Part shown: positions 1 to 9,346 of the stretch, piece after piece | How the letters are laid out: every line of letters begins with the position of its first letter | How positions within the stretch are numbered: the first letter of the stretch is position 1 | From: Vulcanisaeta sp. | GTDB taxonomy: Archaea > Thermoproteota > Thermoprotei > Thermoproteales > Thermocladiaceae | Length of the DNA: 64,000 nt | Direction of reading: 5' to 3' | NCBI GenBank assembly: GCA_023256215.1 | Contig: JAGDXB010000121.1 | Location: 896-64,895 of the forward strand | Position numbers and translations under genes: made by a program | Notes under the pieces: generated by a model | Seen by the model: the letters and a program-made list of their open reading frames with translations, nothing else | Databases searched by the model: none | Told to the model about the DNA's origin: nothing

Positions 1-242
1 TTGGGAAGTCATCCACGGTGCAAATCGACATTAGGAGATTCTACCTAAGGCACACGCGGTTAGTGGGTATTCATAATGCGGCTAAGTCCTACCTTAGGGA
101 GGTCATTGAATTCATGGCTAGTAGGGGTGTGAGGCCATTCATAAGCAGGGTGGTCACGGTTAAGGAGACACCATTGCTCCATGAGTTGATGGAGAGCAGG
201 GGTGTGGTCGGTAAGGTGGTGATGATTCATGAGTGGGACTAA
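1..242 (+). CDS. C-terminal part of a zinc-type alcohol dehydrogenase/quinone oxidoreductase (5' truncated by window edge)
   Basis: Frame is open from the window start; IDIRRFYLRH..LVG..VRPFIS..VVGKVVM is typical of an MDR-family C-terminus. Confidence 0.7.
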   Translation, partial: GKSSTVQIDIRRFYLRHTRLVGIHNAAKSYLREVIEFMASRGVRPFISRVVTVKETPLLHELMESRGVVGKVVMIHEWD

Positions 243-870
243 TGCTAAGACCGTGGTTTACGTAGTGCTGCCCATGATCCTATGGCCGCTTTCCTTTGAT
301 GTGTTTAGTAGGTACTTTGTCTATGGCATGGCACTATCAACGTTACTTCTTGGCTCACTATCCCTTTTCTGGTTCAGGGATAGGCTCAGGTGGTTTAGGC
401 TGGGTAAGACCCTAGTAATTCTGGTGGGTGTTGCTTCGTCTATTATAATGTACATGGTGTTTATCGTCGGTTACGCCCTACTCACATACCTAGGTCTTAC
501 TCATTATGTGCTTCTTGTGTATAGGATGGTTTATAGTATGGTTAGTAGGTACGCATTGGCCATTGCCCTGGTCATAATAGGTATTATGGAGGAGATTTAT
601 TGGAGAGGAGGGCTTCAGGAATTGGCTAGAGGTCTCGGTGGTTTTGCGTCTGACGAGCCCTGGCTCGTATCCATGGCTTACTACACGGTGGTGCATGTAT
701 CGACATTAAACCCAGCCCTTGTGGCGGGTGCCTTTGCCGTTGGTCTAATAGACGGTTTATTGGCTGATAAGGTTGGTCTAATGGCGTCATCCCTAACCCA
801 CATAATATGGCTTGAATTGATAATGGTGATTCTGCCGATTAATCATGCAGTATTTATTCATTTACTTTAA
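229..870 (+). CDS. CPBP (CAAX protease/Abi) intramembrane glutamic protease
   Basis: Multi-pass hydrophobic protein with EEIYWRG motif and downstream His residues (VVH, LTH). Confidence 0.85.
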   Translation: MSGTNAKTVVYVVLPMILWPLSFDVFSRYFVYGMALSTLLLGSLSLFWFRDRLRWFRLGKTLVILVGVASSIIMYMVFIVGYALLTYLGLTHYVLLVYRMVYSMVSRYALAIALVIIGIMEEIYWRGGLQELARGLGGFASDEPWLVSMAYYTVVHVSTLNPALVAGAFAVGLIDGLLADKVGLMASSLTHIIWLELIMVILPINHAVFIHLL

Positions 871-915
871 CGCGAATATTTATCTTTAAATACTTCTGCA
901 TAATATTGATAATTA

Positions 916-1809
916 ATGAATAGAAATGAATTCTTGGGTTTGATAAGGGCCTGGAGCCTACCAATGACGTTGGCGGCATCGCTTGTTGGTGCTGGGTATG
1001 CGTATTACGTTGGTTTATTCCGAGGGGCATTGAGCATTACTTACACAGTGATGGCCGTCCTAGGAGCTTTATTGCTACATGCTAGTGTCAATGTTCTCAA
1101 TGATTACTATGACGTTATTCATGGAGTTGACGTACTAGGCTCACCAACCACTAAATATAGGCCACACCCATTATTGATGGGTAGTGTGAGTATGTCCACA
1201 GTCAGGACTCTCGGCTTTTCACTAATGGCCTCAGGGATTGCACTTGGCATATACCTAACGCTTATTGAGGGCTATTGGATACTGGTGTTTGGTGCCATGG
1301 GGGTCTTCCTCCTCTATGCATATACGGGACCACCGTTCACCCTGAAATACAGGGGCCTTGGTGAGGTCTCGGTCGCATTGACCTGGGGCCCGCTACTTAT
1401 TAATGGCGTATTTGTGGCTGCAAGCATGGGGATACTTAGGTTGGGTGCATTCCTAGTATCGTTACCGCCGATGCTTATCATGTTCTCAATAATTTACGCA
1501 AACAATTATAGGGATAGGGAGTACGATTCAAAGGCGGGTGTTAAGTCCCTGGCAATCCTTACGGCTAGGTACGGCACGAACATATACACGGCATCCCTCA
1601 TCACCGCGTACATAACGTCACTACTACTAGTGATGACGAGAGTACTACCAACAACATCACTAATTGGGTTAATTACCGCACCATTAGTGCCTAGGCTGAT
1701 TAAGGATTTCAGGTTGGGCAAGTACGATATAGATGCTAGAACAGGCATGCTCTACACACTCTTTTGCATATTATACGGCGTAGGCATCATGATCGGCAGA
1801 TTAGTCTAA
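916..1809 (+). CDS. menA: UbiA/MenA-family prenyltransferase (1,4-dihydroxy-2-naphthoate octaprenyltransferase-like)
   Basis: NDYYD..GVD and NNYRD..D..AG motifs; YTGPPF.LKYRGLGE. Confidence 0.85.
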   Translation: MNRNEFLGLIRAWSLPMTLAASLVGAGYAYYVGLFRGALSITYTVMAVLGALLLHASVNVLNDYYDVIHGVDVLGSPTTKYRPHPLLMGSVSMSTVRTLGFSLMASGIALGIYLTLIEGYWILVFGAMGVFLLYAYTGPPFTLKYRGLGEVSVALTWGPLLINGVFVAASMGILRLGAFLVSLPPMLIMFSIIYANNYRDREYDSKAGVKSLAILTARYGTNIYTASLITAYITSLLLVMTRVLPTTSLIGLITAPLVPRLIKDFRLGKYDIDARTGMLYTLFCILYGVGIMIGRLV

Positions 1810-2238
1810 GCCCCTAACCCCCAGCTCCTCCAGCAACTTCTTAACAAGGCTTAACACTTTCTCCGCATTGCCCAATGCCTGCTCGGCGTCAATCCTAGTA
1901 TAAAGCATTTCAGGCGGCACTCCACTCTCCTCATCACCGTACATGGCGAACTCCCTCTCCTTCCTAAGACTCCTAGATATTGATGCGAGCTCATCAATAT
2001 ACCCCTGAAACCACTGCGGAAACCTAGCCCTCTCCTGCCTAAGTACTGGACCAACATCGCGCCACTTAGGCGGTTCAACACCAACAAGCCTTAAGGCAGC
2101 CTTGAGCAGCAGTTCAACAGCCTCCTGGCACTGCCTAACGACATATGGATAATTACCACTTACTAAGGCCTCTCTGGCATGCTTAAGTCTCTCAATGGCC
2201 TGTAACACGTAGGATTTGGCCATATCGAGGTTATTCAA
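1801..2238 (-). CDS. HEPN domain protein (MNT-HEPN pair)
   Basis: QEAVELLLKAAL and R..AMYGDE motifs; overlaps the upstream nucleotidyltransferase. Confidence 0.9.
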   Translation of the reverse strand: MNNLDMAKSYVLQAIERLKHAREALVSGNYPYVVRQCQEAVELLLKAALRLVGVEPPKWRDVGPVLRQERARFPQWFQGYIDELASISRSLRKEREFAMYGDEESGVPPEMLYTRIDAEQALGNAEKVLSLVKKLLEELGVRGLD

Positions 2239-2800
2239 TCTCGATCACCTCACCAAACCTATAATTGTCCTTCAAAACCCAATACCAAGCCCTATCACTA
2301 AGCCAAACCCTCCTGGCGCCCAATTCCCTCAATCTTTCAATCAACCTATTAAGAACGCCCTCAAAGAACCTGCCCTTATCATACACAATCACAGCATCCT
2401 CAGTCATATCAAGGTAAAGAGGCGTAAACCTACTCGCCTCATCCCTAGTCTTTATAATCGGAGACAACGCAATCGCATAACCCCTACTCATCAACTCATC
2501 GAGCAACGGCTGAACCCTATCCTCAGCAGCCTCAAAAATCCTAACCCTCTCAAACCTCGATCTAGGCAGCTCCTCAAAAACCACAAGCACGTCTAAATCA
2601 CTATCCCTCCTGGCACTACCCCTAGCCACACTACCGTACACGACCAACGACACCAAATTATCCCCATAAAGCCCAATCAAAACCCTCAATAACTCCCTCA
2701 CCACAGTCCTATAAGGCTCCTGAATGTAATCAATGCCAACCCTAAACATAGCCAGTACAATGCACCTACTCGCTATAAGCCTTATATTGCTTTCATTCAA
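2231..2800 (-). CDS. Minimal nucleotidyltransferase (MNT); true start may be the internal MFRVG
   Basis: YGSVARG....SDLDVLVV pol-beta motif. Confidence 0.9.
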   Translation of the reverse strand: MNESNIRLIASRCIVLAMFRVGIDYIQEPYRTVVRELLRVLIGLYGDNLVSLVVYGSVARGSARRDSDLDVLVVFEELPRSRFERVRIFEAAEDRVQPLLDELMSRGYAIALSPIIKTRDEASRFTPLYLDMTEDAVIVYDKGRFFEGVLNRLIERLRELGARRVWLSDRAWYWVLKDNYRFGEVIEIE

Positions 2801-2840
2801 TGATCAAACCAAAAATCCCACCAATGATGGAGGATAAATA

Positions 2841-2848
2841 AATATAAG
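2841..2848 (+). promoter_or_regulatory. TATA box of the tRNA-Arg gene
   Basis: AATATAAG about 25 nt upstream of the mature tRNA 5' end, preceded by an A-rich BRE-like stretch. Confidence 0.55.
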
Positions 2849-2869
2849 TGAAGGACTAGGAGTTAAAAA

Positions 2870-2946
<77 letters not shown>

Positions 2947-2950
2947 AATT

Positions 2951-2970
2951 CCATTTCTCTTTTACGTTTC
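2951..2970 (+). terminator. Pyrimidine/oligo-T tract after the tRNA
   Basis: CCATTTCTCTTTTACGTTTC directly 3' of the tRNA; archaeal oligo-T termination. Confidence 0.4.
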
Positions 2971-3091
2971 GGCTTCGTATAGTTATATAGGCATGCTTAT
3001 ACATAGCCTAGTTGAAAGGCCTATGGTTAACTCAGCTTAATTGATGTTGATCCGTTAAAATGCTTATAAGCCTGAATCACGTAGCTAAATT

Positions 3092-3445
3092 GTGGGGTTA
3101 ACTTACATTGATGCTGTGGTTAAGCACGGTGATAAGGCCGTGCCAGTTAGGCTACTTGTTGATTCGGGAGCAATCTATACTGTGCTTAGGAGGGATGTCT
3201 GGGAGTATCTAGGCCTTAAGCCAATTCAGGAAATGGAGTTCGTGCTGGCCGACGGCACTGTGGTTAAGCGACAGGTTTCCGAAGCTATAATTGAGTTGGT
3301 TGGTTATGGTGAGAGGCATACGCCTGTTGTCCTTGGTGAGTCTGAGGATGAGAACCTACTTGGTGTTGTAACCCTTGAAATCTTTGGTCTTGTCCTAGAT
3401 CCCTTCAGGAGGGTTTTAAGGCCGGCTAGAATGGTCTTAAAATAA
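3092..3445 (+). CDS. Clan AA (retropepsin-like) aspartic protease
   Basis: LLVDSGA catalytic motif, LADG flap, LLG..LE motif. Confidence 0.85.
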   Translation: MGLTYIDAVVKHGDKAVPVRLLVDSGAIYTVLRRDVWEYLGLKPIQEMEFVLADGTVVKRQVSEAIIELVGYGERHTPVVLGESEDENLLGVVTLEIFGLVLDPFRRVLRPARMVLK

Positions 3446-3601
3446 TCGTAGCTGGAGCTATGCCTACGGTATTGATTAACGCCTGGGCTAAGTACTTGAT
3501 GATGTAGTTAGTTCGATGAGGTCGGTTAATTGCACTTTAAATTATAAAAATAGAATGGATCTAAATTATTTTAAATCGGCATAAAGGTTTCGTAAACAGG
3601 G

Positions 3602-4054
3602 TTAGGGTATCTCTAGGCGATTGTTAATCATTATGTGCGGTAGCGCCGCAAATTCGCTAATCATTATGAACATGGGCGTTGCAGCCATTATCCTCAGGGC
3701 AAGATTTAGTATTGGATGTGTAGCAAATGCCGTCAGTGCCATGGTTATTGCGTACTCAATTACATAGGGCATCAATAAAAGTCTCTCAACCTTGGTAATG
3801 CCAAGTACGTTAATGCCCGTTAATGCCCTATGTATTTTAGCATACATAAATGCCCAGAGACCACGTCCTGTAATTAACGTATAGACCAGTATTAACCAGG
3901 CGGTGATGCTCGCACTCATCGTAATTAGCGAATAATTAAATAGTAACATTAATTGAAAAACTAGTGAGTAGATTGCGTTCATTACCACGAACACTAGGTT
4001 CGTGATGATAACGTACTCTTGGATACCCTCATTCATAACGCAAACGATCAACAA
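3602..4054 (-). CDS. Hypothetical membrane protein (about 4 TM)
   Basis: Hydrophobic ORF with upstream TTTAAATA; no recognised family. Confidence 0.55.
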   Translation of the reverse strand: MLIVCVMNEGIQEYVIITNLVFVVMNAIYSLVFQLMLLFNYSLITMSASITAWLILVYTLITGRGLWAFMYAKIHRALTGINVLGITKVERLLLMPYVIEYAITMALTAFATHPILNLALRIMAATPMFIMISEFAALPHIMINNRLEIP

Positions 4055-4217
4055 GACTGGGGTATTTAAATCATTCTACAAAAGCAAAATGAATATTCAC
4101 GTTGCGAATAACGACGGAAGGACGAAGTTTCTTATTAAAAATTGAATATAAAGAAGATAAGATTCTCTGGCAAAAGGTGATTAATTTTAATTTGATGTTA
4201 ACTATCTAGCCTTATGC

Positions 4218-4403
4218 CTATGCGGCCTTGTACTTTCCGTCGGTTTTCGTGACCTTTCCGTCCTTTATCAACCTTGTTAATTGTGCCTTAACAACGTTGA
4301 GCCTCTCCTCACCAACAGCCTTCGCTATTTCCTCCGCAGTGAATTCTTTACCCTTATTACTGGTTAGGTAGTCAAGGATCTTCTTCTTTATACCCTCAAC
4401 CAT
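4218..4403 (-). CDS. Small basic winged-helix DNA-binding protein
   Basis: ILDYL..FTAEEIA..VKAQLTRL..GKV..DGKY wHTH pattern; 61 aa, Lys-rich; upstream TTTATAA. Confidence 0.75.
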   Translation of the reverse strand: MVEGIKKKILDYLTSNKGKEFTAEEIAKAVGEERLNVVKAQLTRLIKDGKVTKTDGKYKAA

Positions 4404-4671
4404 ACAATGTAAATACTACCTCTTTAGGTTATAAAGATATTGCCTTTATATTTGTGAAGTATCAGCCGTAATTTGCGGGTTAACTACATGATATAGTTAG
4501 CATGCACAACATAAACAGTAATTTCCCTAAACCCTGTGTGATGCCATTATCTTAACATTAATTATTGTACATTATTATAGTCATATGATCGAATAAGAAG
4601 TATGTTATCATGTGTAGAAAGAGATTCTATTTATGAGGAAGCTATTTTAATACCGGGTCAGTAGGGCTTTA

Positions 4672-5697
4672 TTGATTGTAGTGCGTGGATTTAGGGCGTA
4701 TTACGACAATGGGATAGTTATTGAGTATAAGAACAAGCGGTTGATAGTAGATCCCTTAAGAAAACCCTCCGGATTCTTTAATGCTGTACTGATAACCCAT
4801 GGTCATAGAGATCATGTGAATCCCAGCGCCCTTCGTGGCGTTTCTCCACTTGTGATGAGTAGGGAGACGGCGTCTATAATTAGGGCTCGTGATAATGAGT
4901 ATCTACGGCATATCGCGGTTAGTCCTGGATCTAAGTTATTGATTGATGATATAATGATTTACTCCTTAAATGCTGGTCACGTGATTGGTAGTTTATCGTA
5001 CATGATAGACTTCGGCGATCTTAGGGTCGGGGTTACTGGCGATTTTAATGTGGAGTCCTCGGCAATACTCAGTGGTGCTGAGAGGTTGGATGTTGATGTA
5101 TTGATCATGGAGGCTACCTACGGTGATCCGGAGTACGTTTTTCCGAGTAGGGATGTGCTATATAATGAGTTGATGTCCATCGTTGAGGGTAGGATTAAGG
5201 ATGGCGTTGTTGTTCTTATGGGTCAACCACTTGGTAGAGGTCAGGAGTTGGCGGCATTATTTAGAGACTATCCATTATACATAGAGCCGAGTATTAAAAT
5301 AATAAATAATGCAATAGGTCTTAAGTACGGCAGGGTCCTCAGTGGTTTTCCACCCGCTGGTTCCATAGTCCTAATGGGCATGCCAAGGGATTTGGGTAGT
5401 GTTATAGGCAGGTTGAGGTCTAAGTACGGATCTTTTAGGGCAGTTGCACTCAGTGGTATGTATGCAAGGTATTCTAGAGCGTCTAGGCTTAGGTCACTTG
5501 GTGTTGATGCCTTACCGCTAAGCAGCCACTCTGATTTTCCAGGCCTTGTCGATTTTGTGCTCAGTAGTGGGGCGAGGTTCGTATACACGGTGTATGGAAA
5601 TGCCTCTAGGTTTGCCAGGTACTTAAGGAATGAGCTTAAGGTCATGGCGAGACCACTGCCTAGCGCTGGTCAATTAACCATGGACACGTTCCTATGA
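4672..5697 (+). CDS. Metallo-beta-lactamase/beta-CASP-type nuclease with C-terminal PIP-like motif
   Basis: HGHRDH, AGHVIGS, TGDF, EATYG and SSHSD motifs; ends QLTMDTFL. Confidence 0.85.
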   Translation: MIVVRGFRAYYDNGIVIEYKNKRLIVDPLRKPSGFFNAVLITHGHRDHVNPSALRGVSPLVMSRETASIIRARDNEYLRHIAVSPGSKLLIDDIMIYSLNAGHVIGSLSYMIDFGDLRVGVTGDFNVESSAILSGAERLDVDVLIMEATYGDPEYVFPSRDVLYNELMSIVEGRIKDGVVVLMGQPLGRGQELAALFRDYPLYIEPSIKIINNAIGLKYGRVLSGFPPAGSIVLMGMPRDLGSVIGRLRSKYGSFRAVALSGMYARYSRASRLRSLGVDALPLSSHSDFPGLVDFVLSSGARFVYTVYGNASRFARYLRNELKVMARPLPSAGQLTMDTFL

Positions 5698-5736
5698 GTA
5701 ACAAATACTTAAATTGACCTATTCCCTAGCAGTACC

Positions 5737-6546
5737 ATGATGAAGTCCGTAATAACCCTCACCACAGACTTTGGGTATGATTCATACTTCGTACCATCAA
5801 TGAAGGGTGTAATACTAAGCCTAAACCCTGAGGCAACAATAGTGGACATAACACATGCAATACCGGCATTCAATATCTATAAGGCGGCCTTTACCCTGTG
5901 GGCATCATATAAGTACTTCCCTAGGGGTACAATACATGTAGTCGTGGTTGACCCAGGGGTTGGCACATCCAGGAGGGCCATTGTGATTAAGACTAGGAAT
6001 TATTATTTCGTTGGTCCAGACAATGGTGTTTTGATGATGGCTGCCGAGGACGACGGCATCATCGACATTAGGGCTATTGAGAATAGTGCATTCATGAGGC
6101 CTGTGGTGTCTAGTACGTTTCATGGGCGTGACGTATTTGCACCCGTGGCTGCGTATATAAGCCTTGGGCTAGACATATCTTTATTAGGTCCTAGGGTGAC
6201 GGATCCTGTTAGATTAGCGGGGTATTCAACGAGTTTCTCGGAGGGTATGGCTAGAACGGCCATTATTTACATTGATCACTTTGGTAATGCCTATACGGGT
6301 ATTAGGGTTGGCAATTTAGGTGCTTTGGGTCTTGAATACGGCAGGGAAATTCAGGTTAATATCCCGAGGAGGAATGTTAATCTTAGGATTAGGTTCCTGA
6401 GAAGTTATGGCTATGCGGGTGAGGGTGAGGCATTGGCATTGATTAATAGTGAGGGTTTTCTCGAATTATCAATTAATAGGGGTAGTTTTGCATCTAGGTT
6501 CGGTGTTGAGGAGGGTGATGAGGTCGTAATATCGGTGATTAAATAA
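5737..6546 (+). CDS. SAM hydroxide adenosyltransferase (DUF62, chlorinase/fluorinase family)
   Basis: LTTDFG, VVDPGVG, GPDNG, STFHGRDVF, DHFGN. Confidence 0.92.
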   Translation: MMKSVITLTTDFGYDSYFVPSMKGVILSLNPEATIVDITHAIPAFNIYKAAFTLWASYKYFPRGTIHVVVVDPGVGTSRRAIVIKTRNYYFVGPDNGVLMMAAEDDGIIDIRAIENSAFMRPVVSSTFHGRDVFAPVAAYISLGLDISLLGPRVTDPVRLAGYSTSFSEGMARTAIIYIDHFGNAYTGIRVGNLGALGLEYGREIQVNIPRRNVNLRIRFLRSYGYAGEGEALALINSEGFLELSINRGSFASRFGVEEGDEVVISVIK

Positions 6547-7090
6547 ATGTGCTTTCTGATGTAAGTCTTAGTAAGTTCTTGAAGTTTCTCATTAATGTGG
6601 CATCATCAACTACGTAGCTCCTTGGTACCCTACCATTGATTACAGGCACGCCCTCCATCTCCAGTAATTTTGATTTAATTGTGACGTCACCTATGGAGTA
6701 GCCGCCAACAGAACCATCGCTCTTTATAACCCTATGGCATGGAACAATTATAGGCAGCTTATTGGCGCTCGCCAACCTGCCCACGGCCCTTGGACTAGTA
6801 TTTAATAGCCTAGCTATTTGAGCATAGGTCGCTACTCTACCCCTGGGTATTGACAACATCGCTACTTGGGCAAGTCCAAGTAGTCCAGGGCCTAATTCTA
6901 TGTGCTTGATAACCTCCTGAGGATCTAGTAACCCCAATATGTAATCAATTATGAGCCTTGTAACATTATCATCAACGCTTTTATGAACACCATCAACACC
7001 CACCCTGACCCTGATTTCCCGAATCTTATCACCGTAAATACACACCTCCAGTACGCCTATATTCCTCATCGACAATTCAATACAACGCAT
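6539..7090 (-). CDS. ogt: Methylated-DNA--protein-cysteine methyltransferase
   Basis: PCHRV active site; IPRG.V.TY..IA; PRAVG. Confidence 0.93.
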   Translation of the reverse strand: MRCIELSMRNIGVLEVCIYGDKIREIRVRVGVDGVHKSVDDNVTRLIIDYILGLLDPQEVIKHIELGPGLLGLAQVAMLSIPRGRVATYAQIARLLNTSPRAVGRLASANKLPIIVPCHRVIKSDGSVGGYSIGDVTIKSKLLEMEGVPVINGRVPRSYVVDDATLMRNFKNLLRLTSESTFI

Positions 7091-7140
7091 TTAGATCAAC
7101 TATTAAGGAGACCTTAAAAACCCTGTCCCGAGAACAAAAT

Positions 7141-7422
7141 GTGGTTGTTAAGGTTAAACTCGTTGGTGTATTAAAGGCATTGGCCCTGGGTAGGGATTAC
7201 CTGGAGCTCAATAACGCCGGCACTGTTAGGGATGTTATTAATAACCTTAGAGCGATCAATGATAAATTGTTTAGGAGGGTTTTTGATCAGTCAAGGAATG
7301 AATTGGTCCCAGACATATACGTTGCTGTTAATGACGTTGATATACGGCTTCTTAAGGGTCTCGATACGCCGGTCAAGGATGGTGATGAGGTTTTAATTCT
7401 AGCCTACATACACGGTGGTTAA
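7141..7422 (+). CDS. Ubiquitin-like sulfur carrier (MoaD/SAMP/Urm1 family)
   Basis: Beta-grasp pattern VAVND.DI.LL.GLDT.VKDGDEV; C-terminal IHGG. Confidence 0.9.
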   Translation: MVVKVKLVGVLKALALGRDYLELNNAGTVRDVINNLRAINDKLFRRVFDQSRNELVPDIYVAVNDVDIRLLKGLDTPVKDGDEVLILAYIHGG

Positions 7423-7948
7423 GTCCATGAGCCATGTAATCGAATTACCGAGTGATTTTGGGGAATTAAAGGTTTGGCTCGCAACGGTCATTATAAGTAA
7501 ACCGTTAAGCGAGGATTTACTCAATAAATTAAGGACCGCCGTTGCTGGATGCAGGGATTCCTTAATTGCAGTGGTACCTGCGAGTAGGGTATTAAATTCA
7601 TGGCACATGATTTACCCATCATACCTAAGCCTTAGAGATCATTTAAGGGGTATATCCAGGTTCAAGGATCCGGGCTTGGGTGCGATCACGTACATGGCAG
7701 GGTCAACGCAGTTAAGGAAGGGATTAGCCATCATGAATCCTGTTGGTTATGATAAATTGTCATTGATCGTTATGGGTATTAATGATTGCGTAATTAGCAG
7801 TGTTGGTGCGATCCTTAATTCATTAAGGGATGTGCTTATTGACCTAGTTATTGGTGTTGGTGTTTTTAGGTTCTATGACGGTGTCTTTAGGTCAGTGGAT
7901 GAGTTCATGGAGAGCCTAATTAGTAGGTATGTAAGTGAGTTCACCTGA
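7415..7948 (+). CDS. Probable KEOPS subunit Cgi121-like protein
   Basis: V....H......SLR....G.....D.G...I.Y.AG.TQLRKGL resembles the Cgi121 core; overlaps the Ubl gene. Confidence 0.55.
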   Translation: MVKSMSHVIELPSDFGELKVWLATVIISKPLSEDLLNKLRTAVAGCRDSLIAVVPASRVLNSWHMIYPSYLSLRDHLRGISRFKDPGLGAITYMAGSTQLRKGLAIMNPVGYDKLSLIVMGINDCVISSVGAILNSLRDVLIDLVIGVGVFRFYDGVFRSVDEFMESLISRYVSEFT

Positions 7949-8005
7949 AAATTGGCAGTTTTTGCGCTGTAGAATTTATAACCAGCTGGTAACTCTCAAT
8001 GGTTA

Positions 8006-9211
8006 ATGGATAGGCTATTCTATATTGCTAGGGATGAGGAGATACTCAATGGTGAGACCACTGACATATACTTCAATAGGACGGTTGAGGTACTTAAGGC
8101 AGCTGGGCTGGATAAGGTTAAGGTTAGGGCTGAGTTCCACGTCGTTAATTTACCAAGGGGCTATAAATGGGCTGTCTTTGCTGGCTTAAAGGAGGTTGTA
8201 AACCTCACTGTTACCAAGGAGCTACCAATAACGATCTACGCAATGCCTGAGGGAACGCTTTTCAAGGCTAATGAGCCGATAATGGTTGTTGAGGGTAATT
8301 ACGCGGACTTCGCGGTCTACGAAACGACGTTCCTAGGCATACTGAGGCATTATAGCTCTATTGCAAGTAAGGCCGCCAGGATTAAGAAGCTCGCTGGCAA
8401 CAGGACCTGCCTATTCTTCGGAGCCAGGGTTGTGCACCCGGCGGTGCAGCCCATGGTTGATAGGGCAGCCTATATAGGTGGTTGTGACGGTGTTGCCGGT
8501 GTTGTTGGCGCAAAACTGCTTGGCATTAAGCCAAGCGGTACAATGCCCCATGCCTTAATGATAGTCTTTAGGCACGCAACCGGTGATCATACGCTGGCCT
8601 GGGCCTGGTTCGACAAGGTAATGCCTAACGATGTACCTAGGATTGTCCTGGTCGACACATTCCTTGATGAGCGTGAGGAGGCCATGATGGCTGCGAAACT
8701 CCTTGGCAATAGGCTTTATGGCGTTAGACTTGACACACCTAGCAGCAGGCGTGGTAATATGGAGGCTATTGCCCGTGAGGTTAGGTGGACCCTTGACCTG
8801 GCTGGCTATAGGAATGTGAAGATTGTAATCAGTGGTGGTGTTGATGAGGATGAGGTTATTAGGCTCAGGGATGTGGCCGACATGTTTGGTGTTGGTACGT
8901 CAATAGCTTTCCCGCCAAGTGTTGATATTAGTATGGACATCGTTGAGGCATATGATGAGAAGAGTGGTCGTTGGATACCAATAACTAAGCGCGGTAAGTT
9001 ACCTGGTTTTAAGCAGGTCTATAGGTGCAGGGGAACGCTTAATGACCAGGTTGTTCCATGGGGTTCGGAACCAGCGCCATGCCCTGACGGGTCCAGGCCT
9101 GAACCATTGATAAGGAAGTTTGTGGAGGATGGTAAAGCCGTTGAGACAGTACCGAGTGATGCTGATATTAGGGATTATGTCCTAAAGCAGCTGGAGTACG
9201 CTGAGATGTGA
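8006..9211 (+). CDS. pncB: Nicotinate phosphoribosyltransferase
   Basis: TDIYF, FGAR, GTMPHAL, LVDT, VRLDT, SGG, FGVGT. Confidence 0.93.
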   Translation: MDRLFYIARDEEILNGETTDIYFNRTVEVLKAAGLDKVKVRAEFHVVNLPRGYKWAVFAGLKEVVNLTVTKELPITIYAMPEGTLFKANEPIMVVEGNYADFAVYETTFLGILRHYSSIASKAARIKKLAGNRTCLFFGARVVHPAVQPMVDRAAYIGGCDGVAGVVGAKLLGIKPSGTMPHALMIVFRHATGDHTLAWAWFDKVMPNDVPRIVLVDTFLDEREEAMMAAKLLGNRLYGVRLDTPSSRRGNMEAIAREVRWTLDLAGYRNVKIVISGGVDEDEVIRLRDVADMFGVGTSIAFPPSVDISMDIVEAYDEKSGRWIPITKRGKLPGFKQVYRCRGTLNDQVVPWGSEPAPCPDGSRPEPLIRKFVEDGKAVETVPSDADIRDYVLKQLEYAEM

Positions 9212-9253
9212 AGAACAAGGTATTTATTATTTTAAGGAATTAATCAACCCAAT

Positions 9254-9346
9254 TTATAGCTCTTCTTCCCACTCTTCCTCGAATTCTTCCCATTCCTCCT
9301 CTTCCTCCTCACCCCATTCTTCCTCCTCCATAACTAACCCATTCAT
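9254..9346 (-). CDS. Micro-ORF MNGLVMEEEEWGEEEEEEWEEFEEEWEEEL (25-30 aa), below the ORF track cutoff
   Basis: ATG at 9346 (or 9331) to TAA at 9254; Glu codons mix GAG and GAA; AT-rich TATA-like TTTAATTTAAA 17-27 nt upstream. Confidence 0.6.
   Translation of the reverse strand: MNGLVMEEEEWGEEEEEEWEEFEEEWEEEL

Noticed and set aside
3470-3530. Possible C/D sRNA (TTGATTA...CTAA...TTGATGA...TCGA)
   Set aside because: Both D boxes and the first C box deviate, and there is no terminal CTGA
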